From sequence record SRR31156797_7944: a stretch of 20,000 nt of DNA. One strand, given 5' to 3'. The stretch's first letter is position 1. Every line of letters starts with the position of its first letter. Under the pieces are notes generated by a model, which saw only the letters and a list, made by a program, of their open reading frames with translations, did not search any database and was not told the DNA's origin. The position numbers and the translations under genes were made by a program. This document shows, piece by piece, positions 9,628 to 16,118 of the stretch.

Positions 9628-9679
9628 AGTTTTCCTCCAATTTTGTTGTCATCTACGGCAGGTTTTCGCCGTAAACAAC

Positions 9680-9722
9680 CAAACGTTTGCTCTATTATTA
9701 AACGAAAAAAACAGGCTGTCAA
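9680..9722 (-). promoter_or_regulatory. sigma70-type promoter of the iol transport/catabolism operon with a LacI-type operator
   Basis: Minus strand TTGACA (9722-9717), 17 bp, AATAAT (9699-9694), followed by the perfect palindrome CAAACGTTTG (9680-9689) over the predicted +1. Confidence 0.75.
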
Positions 9723-9763
9723 ATTAATTCTGAGTGAATCCATCAAATTTCTGCGATCCACCC

Positions 9764-9788
9764 GAAGCCGGCACAGCCGTCCGGCTTC
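9764..9788 (-). terminator. hairpin directly after the IolE-like gene
   Basis: GAAGCCGG-9 nt-CCGGCTTC starting 1 nt after the stop codon; no clear U-tract. Confidence 0.45.
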
Positions 9789-9789
9789 C

Positions 9790-10689
9790 TCAGAGCTGGG
9801 AAATCAGAAAATCCCTACTGGCTTTGATGTCCTTCAGAGCTCCGCCCGCGTCCCTGGGATCCCGCTCCTGCTCCACCGTGACCCATCCCGAATACGCCAG
9901 TTCGTCAAGGGTTTTCAAGACCCCGCCGTAGTCGACACAACCCTTCCCGATGGAACACATCACCCCCTTCCCGCAGGCATCGAAGAATCCCAGGCTGTCG
10001 GCGATAGCCGCTCCGTAGACCTCCGGATTGATATCCTTGAAGTGCACGTAATCCAGCCTTTCCGCATATTTTCTGAGCGATTGCACGGGATCGTCACAGG
10101 CATAATAGAGGTGGCCCGTATCCAGGCAGAGCCCGGCGGCCTCTGGGGAAATATCGTGAACGACCCGCTCTATTTCATCATCAAATTCTATATAACCTCC
10201 CGCATGGGGATGAATTACAGGACGAACGCCAAATTCGACCGAGGCTATTTTCGAGATGATTTTTATATGCTCCATCATCCTTTCCCAATCCCCGGCTTCC
10301 AGACGCGGCGCCGATTCGGGGTGCCCGGCCGTGTTGTTCCTGTCCGCCTTGACCGCATCGATGACGACCAGGTAACAGGGCGCCCCCTTTTCAGCGCTGC
10401 GGGATACGAGGGAACAGATCTTTCTGGTCTTGTCCGCCAGCATGGTCCTGTCCGCCGAGGGGCTCAGGTCATCGTAGATCGTGCCGGCGATCAGCTGCAG
10501 ACGCTTTGCGTGGAGCAGCTCCTTCAGATGCTCCGGTTCGGTGGGGAGGTAGCCGTATGGTCCCAGTTCAATGGCCCGGAATCCGCTCTCCCCCGCCTCA
10601 TCCAGGACGGTCCTCCAGGACGGATTATCGGGATTTCCCGGATCTTCGATCCCCCAGGAACAGGGGGCGACGGCAAAGTTAAAATCCAT
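9790..10689 (-). CDS. iolE: IolE/MocC-like inosose dehydratase (xylose-isomerase-like TIM barrel)
   Basis: APCSWGIE, IELGPYGYLP, HPHAGGYIE, LCLDTGHLYY, VHFKDI, GKGCVDY, WVTVEQE. Only IolE-type gene in the window, with an iol operator upstream. Exact activity within the family is uncertain. Confidence 0.65.
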   Translation of the reverse strand: MDFNFAVAPCSWGIEDPGNPDNPSWRTVLDEAGESGFRAIELGPYGYLPTEPEHLKELLHAKRLQLIAGTIYDDLSPSADRTMLADKTRKICSLVSRSAEKGAPCYLVVIDAVKADRNNTAGHPESAPRLEAGDWERMMEHIKIISKIASVEFGVRPVIHPHAGGYIEFDDEIERVVHDISPEAAGLCLDTGHLYYACDDPVQSLRKYAERLDYVHFKDINPEVYGAAIADSLGFFDACGKGVMCSIGKGCVDYGGVLKTLDELAYSGWVTVEQERDPRDAGGALKDIKASRDFLISQL

Positions 10690-10709
10690 TATATCGCTCC
10701 TTTTTTACT

Positions 10710-10729
10710 CAAACGCTTGCTTTATTATG
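10710..10729 (-). promoter_or_regulatory. LacI-type operator and -10 element upstream of the IolE-like gene
   Basis: caaacgcttgctttattat is nearly identical to caaacgtttgctctattat at 9680-9698. Minus-strand -10 CATAAT at 10729-10724; no good -35. Confidence 0.65.
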
Positions 10730-10831
10730 CATCAACTTCTAACATAAGGAAAGAGAAGCTTTTCCATTCCCGATAACAGCCCGGAGAACTTGCTTTACAT
10801 ATCTATGAAAAAAATGGAGAATCATATAGTT

Positions 10832-11839
10832 ATGAAGGTGACCATCAAAGACATAGCCCATAAGCTGGATCTCAATTTCTCTTCCGTCTCCAGAGCCCTG
10901 AACAATAAGCCGGGAGTCAGCGAGGAAACCCGGCGGCTGGTGATAGAAACGGCCAGGAAGATGGGCTACCGCCCCAATGTCATAGCCCGGGGACTGGTAA
11001 AGAACGAAACGAAGACCCTGGGCATCCTGATGCCGGATATCGTCAACCCCCTTTTCGGAGAGATTACGACGGCCATAATAGAAACCGCCAACGAACAGGA
11101 TTACGATGTGTTCCTCTGTATCTCCAACTGGAGCAAGCTGAAGGAAACCGACAACATCAACGCCATCCAGCAGAAGCAGGTCGACGGCATCATCATAAAG
11201 TCCGTGAGCGACGACAACACCAAGCTTCTGGAACAGACGAACATCCCCGTCATCGGCTATGAAACCTGGAGCAGGAACCATAACTTCAGTTCCGTCAGCA
11301 CCGACAACGAAAGGGGGGGGTATATCGCCGCCCGGCACCTGATAGACTGCGGTTACGAAAAAACGGCCATCCTCCACGGGCCTCTCAACTCCACCGCCGG
11401 TCTCCACCGGCGAAACGGATTCCTTCGGGCTTACGATGAATGCTCGAAAGCCTTTGACGATTCGCTGCTCTATATAGGCGAATACAATATAAAAAGCGGC
11501 TATCAGATGGCCTGCAGGCTCTTTGAAGAACACAGCCATGTGGATTCCATCTTTGCGGGCAACGATGTCATCGCCCTGGGCGTCCTCCAGTGCCTGGAGG
11601 AGAGGGGGATCAAGGCGGGAAGAGAGTTCGGCCTGATCGGTTTTGACAACATCAGCTTCTCCCACCTTCCCCAGATCCAGCTCACCACGATCAAGCAGCC
11701 CAAGTACAGCATCGGCAAGATCATGACCAAGATGGTCCTGGACGAAATAAAGAGCCGCGGCAAAGGGGAGAAGGTCCCCCCCCAGCGCATCCTCCTTCAG
11801 CCCGAACTCATCGTCCGGGAAACAACAGCCAAAAGATAA
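10832..11839 (+). CDS. LacI-family transcriptional regulator, probable inositol regulon repressor
   Basis: MKVTIKDIAHKLDLNFSSVSRALNNKPGVSEETR HTH, hinge YRPNVIARGL, NDVIALG, GFDNI, LTTIKQP. Start set at ATG 10832. Confidence 0.93.
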   Translation: MKVTIKDIAHKLDLNFSSVSRALNNKPGVSEETRRLVIETARKMGYRPNVIARGLVKNETKTLGILMPDIVNPLFGEITTAIIETANEQDYDVFLCISNWSKLKETDNINAIQQKQVDGIIIKSVSDDNTKLLEQTNIPVIGYETWSRNHNFSSVSTDNERGGYIAARHLIDCGYEKTAILHGPLNSTAGLHRRNGFLRAYDECSKAFDDSLLYIGEYNIKSGYQMACRLFEEHSHVDSIFAGNDVIALGVLQCLEERGIKAGREFGLIGFDNISFSHLPQIQLTTIKQPKYSIGKIMTKMVLDEIKSRGKGEKVPPQRILLQPELIVRETTAKR

Positions 11840-11900
11840 CCCTCCCCTTAAAGCCGGCGCCCCCTCCGGGAAGGAGATCAGAGGAGAGGCCGCCGGACGA

Positions 11901-12866
11901 TTAGAGATTCGCCTCTGCAACAGACGCCAAGTGGGGTGCGGTCAGTCCATTCTTATCTATGATAAAGGCATGATCGCCCAGAGGCTGGAATTTATCCCCC
12001 AGACTGACAATGATCTGTCTGGGTGTGTTCTCGCATCCGGCCTTGTACTCCGCGACGGCGGCGCCCAGGCCTCCGACGGAGCTGTGCTCCTCAACCGTCA
12101 GGATCAGACGGTTTTCCGCAAAGACCGAATCCAGGATATCCGTATCCAGGGGCTTGACCGTATGCATGTCGATCACCCTGGCGGAGATCCCTTTCCCATT
12201 GAGAAGATCCGCCGCTCCCACGGCCTCGGCCAGCATGGAACCGCTCGAGATAATGGCCACGTCCTTTCCGGGACGATACTCGACGGCCCTGCCGATCTGA
12301 AAATCGAAGTCTTCGGAATAGAGAACCGGATACCCCGGTCCGCCGGTCAGCCGGATATACACCGGCCCCTGATGCTCAGCCGCGGCGTACAGGGCCTTGT
12401 AGAGCTGCAGGGGATCGGAGGGGGCCATAACCGTGAAGTTGGGGATGGCCCGGGCCACCGCCATATCGTCCATGGCGTAATGGGTGTTTCCCAGAGGTCC
12501 GAAGCGTACCCCCGCTTCGATGCTGACCACCTTGGCGTTCAGATTCATATATCCCATATTGACCCTCATCTGCTCGGCGCAGCGCATGGGCACGATGGCG
12601 GCCAGGCCCACCGCAAAGGGCAGGACCCCTTCCGCCGCCAGGCCCGCCGAAAAGTTGATCAGGTTCTGTTCGGCGATTCCCACATCAAAGAATCTGTCGG
12701 GATAGCTGTCCCGGAAGGCCGTCAGACGGGCCGTGGGGGTCAGGTCTGCCGTTACGGTGCACATCTCGGGATAGTCTTCGGCCATCATAACCAGGGTGTC
12801 CCCCATAACCGTTCGATGTCCGGCCTTGGACCATTCCCGAAGTTTATCTAAAGGCAATTTGCTCAT
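11901..12866 (-). CDS. split transketolase, C-terminal (pyrimidine-binding) subunit
   Basis: TADL, YPDRFFDVGIAEQN, RCAEQMR, GNTHYAMDD, GPVYIRL, DMHTVKPLD, VEEHSSVGGLG. Start reset to ATG 12866 (MSKLPLD), RBS GAGGAG. Confidence 0.92.
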   Translation of the reverse strand: MSKLPLDKLREWSKAGHRTVMGDTLVMMAEDYPEMCTVTADLTPTARLTAFRDSYPDRFFDVGIAEQNLINFSAGLAAEGVLPFAVGLAAIVPMRCAEQMRVNMGYMNLNAKVVSIEAGVRFGPLGNTHYAMDDMAVARAIPNFTVMAPSDPLQLYKALYAAAEHQGPVYIRLTGGPGYPVLYSEDFDFQIGRAVEYRPGKDVAIISSGSMLAEAVGAADLLNGKGISARVIDMHTVKPLDTDILDSVFAENRLILTVEEHSSVGGLGAAVAEYKAGCENTPRQIIVSLGDKFQPLGDHAFIIDKNGLTAPHLASVAEANL

Positions 12867-12909
12867 GGTATATCTCCTCTCTCGCTCAGGGCTTTGCTCA
12901 AGCCGCTTC

Positions 12910-13743
12910 TTATTTTTCCAGATCCGAAACGGCCTGCTTGTAGTGTTCCTCGTCCATGGGCCTGGCATGCCAGCTGAGGCTGCCCTCCATAAAGGAAACG
13001 CCCTTGCCCTTGACGGTATCGGCAATGATGACGTGGGGCTTGCCGCTTTGGGAGTCTCTCATCTTCTCCAGGGCGGCGATCACGGTCTCCAGGTCATTCC
13101 CTTCTTCGATGACCATGACCTCCCAGCCCACGGCCTTCCAGAGGGAGACGAGGTCCACATCCATGATGTCGCTGGTCTTGCCGGCCAGCTGAACGCCGTT
13201 CCGGTCGACGATGGCCACAAGGTTGTCCAGTTTGTTCTTGGCGGCGTTCATGGCCCCTTCCCAGACGCTGCCCTCATTGCACTCGCCGTCTCCCATCAGG
13301 CAGTACACCCTGTGATCCTTCTTCTGAATCTTGGCGGCCTTGGCCATGCCGCAGGCCACGGGGAATCCGTTGCCCAGGCTTCCGGAGGAGACCTCTATCC
13401 CGTATTTCTGATTCCGGCTGGGGTGGCCCGACAGGAAGCTGTTGTCACCCTTGAAGCTGTACATCTGCTCCCGCGTGATGTAACCGGTCTCGACCAGGGC
13501 GGCATAGTAGCAGAGGCAGGCATGGCCCTTGCTCTGAACGAAGCGGTCCCTGCGGGGCATCACCGGATCCTTCGGATCATGATTCATGATCCTGAAGAAA
13601 AGGCCGGCCACGATCTCGATGCTGGACATGGCGGGTCCGAAATGCGCCCCCCTTCCGCCGGCGGCGTAGCCCATCTCAATAACATCGCGCCGCATCTCCA
13701 GCGCCTTCTGCTCGATCATGTCGATCGTATAGTTCTCCTGCAT
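12910..13743 (-). CDS. split transketolase, N-terminal (ThDP-binding) subunit
   Basis: GAHFGPAMS, RDRFVQSKGHA, LSGHP, SSGSLGNG, GDGECNEGSVWEG...DRN, TVKGKGVSFME...WH. Confidence 0.93.
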   Translation of the reverse strand: MQENYTIDMIEQKALEMRRDVIEMGYAAGGRGAHFGPAMSSIEIVAGLFFRIMNHDPKDPVMPRRDRFVQSKGHACLCYYAALVETGYITREQMYSFKGDNSFLSGHPSRNQKYGIEVSSGSLGNGFPVACGMAKAAKIQKKDHRVYCLMGDGECNEGSVWEGAMNAAKNKLDNLVAIVDRNGVQLAGKTSDIMDVDLVSLWKAVGWEVMVIEEGNDLETVIAALEKMRDSQSGKPHVIIADTVKGKGVSFMEGSLSWHARPMDEEHYKQAVSDLEK

Positions 13744-13750
13744 ATCCTTC

Positions 13751-14638
13751 CTACTCCTTATTAATCGTATAAAGATGGCCGCTGTACTGCCCGCCGGGAA
13801 CGGCAGCCGCTTCGTACCTCGCCAGATCTATCATCTTCTGAACATCCAGGTTCAGCTCATAACCCATCTCTTCCAGCATGTAGGCCAGATCCTCGGTGGC
13901 CAGGTTTCCCGATGCTCCGGGAGCAAAGGGACAGCCCCCCAGCCCGCCCAGGGTGGACTGTACCTTACAGACGCCCTTCTCAATGGCCGCCAGGGTATTG
14001 ACCATGCCCATGCCCCTTGTGTCGTGGACATGAACCATCAGCTCCAGATCCGGATAGGCGTCGCCGACGGCATCTATGGTCTGCCTGACCTGGGACGGGT
14101 TGGCCATGCCCACCGTGTCGCAGAGATTGACGGTCCTGATCCCGCACTCCGCATAGGGCTTTAGAAAGGGGATCACATCGCGGGCGTGCTTCATGCCTTC
14201 AAAGGGACAGCCGAAGGCGGTGGCCAGATCCAGGCAGACAGCCATCCCGGGATAGGCCTCCCGTATCTTCCGCAGCTCCTCAAGGGACTCCTCATGGCTC
14301 CGCCTGATATTGGCCCGGTTATGGCTCAGGCTGAGGGAGACCACATAGGAGATCGACCCGATCCCCGCCTCCCGGGCGTTCTGAGCGCCCCTGAGATTGG
14401 GGACCAGGGCAAACAGATCGGCGTCCGGATAGCGCCTCACGCATGTCTCGGCCAGTTCCCGGGCGTCCCTCATCTGGGGGATCGCCTTGGGGCTGACGAA
14501 GGAGGTGATCTGCACATGCTCCATACCGGCATCCATCAGTCCGTCGATGATCCTCAGCTTCGTATCCAGGGGAATATACTCTTTCACATTCTGGAACCCG
14601 TCCCGGGGTCCGACCTCATAGATCTCTATCTTTTTCAT
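13751..14638 (-). CDS. hydroxymethylglutaryl-CoA lyase family protein (DRE-TIM metallolyase)
   Basis: EVGPRDGFQN, TSFVSPKAIPQMRDA, AFGCPFEG, HVHDTRGMG, GGLGGCPFAPGASGNLATED. Start overlaps the upstream stop (ATGA). Confidence 0.92.
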   Translation of the reverse strand: MKKIEIYEVGPRDGFQNVKEYIPLDTKLRIIDGLMDAGMEHVQITSFVSPKAIPQMRDARELAETCVRRYPDADLFALVPNLRGAQNAREAGIGSISYVVSLSLSHNRANIRRSHEESLEELRKIREAYPGMAVCLDLATAFGCPFEGMKHARDVIPFLKPYAECGIRTVNLCDTVGMANPSQVRQTIDAVGDAYPDLELMVHVHDTRGMGMVNTLAAIEKGVCKVQSTLGGLGGCPFAPGASGNLATEDLAYMLEEMGYELNLDVQKMIDLARYEAAAVPGGQYSGHLYTINKE

Positions 14639-16101
14639 GTGTCACTCTCCAGCATGGTCCCCTCTTCCCTGAGTCGTCTGTACCAGTCGAAGGCCGGGAC
14701 GGGAAGCTGGGGATGATGTCCTCCGCACTGTGACCTGGCCTTTTCCAGATAGCTCCGCAGCTGCTTTTTATAGCTTTCGGAGGCACAGTTTTCGATGATC
14801 GCCTCGGCGCGCTCCAGCTCATCCAGGCCCCTAAGATCGGCCACGCCGTTTTCGGTGACTGCCACATCGATATCGTGTTCCGAGATATCCACGTGGGAGA
14901 CCATGGGGACGATCCCCGAGATGGCCCCGCCCTTGGCGGAGGATGGGAGAAGCATGACCGAAAGCCCCGCGTTATGGGCGAAGCCCGCGCCTCCGCCAAT
15001 GCCGTTGACTACCCGGCTGCCCCCTATATGGCTGGCGTTCACATTCCCGTAGATGTCCATCTCGATACCCGAGTTCAGGGCGATCACGCCCAGACGGCCG
15101 ACGACCTCGGGGCTGTTGGTGATATCCCCATTGCGAATGACTATCTTCCTCCGAAGTTCCGCGCCGCTTTCAAGGATCTCCACCGCCCGGTCGCTCATCC
15201 CGATGCCGCCGGTGGATACGGCGGCCGCCCTGCCCGAGGCCAGAAGCTCCAGGACCGGCTCTGTCACTCCCCCGCAGAAGAACTGCAGATCTCCGAAACC
15301 GGAACGGGCGAAGCCGTCGGCCAGAGAGTCGGCCAGGGCCCCGAATCCGAGCTGCACGGGAGGAAGGGCGGCCCCTCTGCCGTACTCCTTCTCCAGAAAA
15401 CCGAAGAGCCGGGAGGCTATGCTGTCCGTAAGCTCCGTGCCCCTGGGCCGGGCCCCCATCCTTTCGGGGAGGGAGGTTTCCACGATACAGCGGATCTTCC
15501 CCGCATCAACGGGAACCGAGCCGCCCCCTATCCTCTGATCCGTTTTGACCAGGGGGATGGGCTGTGTATGGGGAGGGTCAGCGGGCACATGGATATCATG
15601 GAGTTCCCTCAGAAGCTCGGGCTGGGCGGAGTTGATCTCGACGATGACCTCTTTCGCCGCATCCAGCAGGTAGTGGACCATACCGACCGAGCTCGTAGGG
15701 ATCAGCCGTCCCTGGTCGTCGAAGCCCAGGGCCTCCACAACCGCCACATCTATCTCGCCGAAGCTTCCGTTCTTCAGAAGGCGGGGCATCTTGCACATCT
15801 GCTGCTCCACATAGCGCAGCTCCCCCCTGTTGGCCTGAGCCGACAGGGTTCTGCCGGCCACCATGGGAGCCCGCCGGGCCACGATCCCCTCCGTTCCCAG
15901 CAGCTCATCCAGCCAGGGGACATTCGCCCCTGTCAGCAGATTCAGAGAGAGGCTCTCGCCCGCCTGCTTCCGCTTAACCAGTTCTCCCGGAACGGCCTTG
16001 GGGTAGCCCGCCATGGCCCATCCGCTCATGGCGACGGTCATGCCGTCCCTGATAAGATAGGCAGCCTCGGAGGCGGAAACCTTCAGCTTATTCATATCCA
16101 T
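14635..16101 (-). CDS. acetyl-CoA hydrolase / succinate CoA-transferase family protein (Cat1/AarC/ScpC-like), catalytic Glu apparently replaced
   Basis: SGWAMAGYPKAVP, IDVAVVEA, IPTSSVG, VIVEIN, HDIH, SPEVVGRLGVIALN, EMDIYGNVNASH, NGIGG, IVPMVSHVD, VTENGVADLRGL, GGHHP. Start reset to ATG 16101 (16095 also possible), just after the ALDH stop. Confidence 0.88.
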   Translation of the reverse strand: MDMNKLKVSASEAAYLIRDGMTVAMSGWAMAGYPKAVPGELVKRKQAGESLSLNLLTGANVPWLDELLGTEGIVARRAPMVAGRTLSAQANRGELRYVEQQMCKMPRLLKNGSFGEIDVAVVEALGFDDQGRLIPTSSVGMVHYLLDAAKEVIVEINSAQPELLRELHDIHVPADPPHTQPIPLVKTDQRIGGGSVPVDAGKIRCIVETSLPERMGARPRGTELTDSIASRLFGFLEKEYGRGAALPPVQLGFGALADSLADGFARSGFGDLQFFCGGVTEPVLELLASGRAAAVSTGGIGMSDRAVEILESGAELRRKIVIRNGDITNSPEVVGRLGVIALNSGIEMDIYGNVNASHIGGSRVVNGIGGGAGFAHNAGLSVMLLPSSAKGGAISGIVPMVSHVDISEHDIDVAVTENGVADLRGLDELERAEAIIENCASESYKKQLRSYLEKARSQCGGHHPQLPVPAFDWYRRLREEGTMLESDT

Positions 16102-16118
16102 GAACTTAAAAACTCCCT

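Noticed and set aside
11853-11897. Imperfect GC-rich inverted repeat between the convergent LacI and transketolase genes as a REP/MITE element
   Set aside because: It shares no clear sequence with the other intergenic hairpins and has no target duplication; at most a weak terminator.
12867-13025. N-terminal extensions in the ORF track (transketolase C subunit to 13025, iolJ to 3550, iolB to 5359, CoA-transferase to 16260, kdgF to 19729, LacI from 10790, DeoR from 17661)
   Set aside because: They overlap upstream genes or promoter regions, and downstream starts have better RBSs and family-typical lengths.
11901-13743. Two transketolase ORFs as a frameshifted pseudogene
   Set aside because: Each has its own RBS and start, they are separated by 43 nt, and both match the known two-subunit transketolase families.
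13751-14638. Leucine or mevalonate degradation (liuE/mvaB)
   Set aside because: No acyl-CoA dehydrogenase, carboxylase, hydratase or HMG-CoA reductase is nearby, and the context is sugar catabolism, so no gene symbol was assigned.
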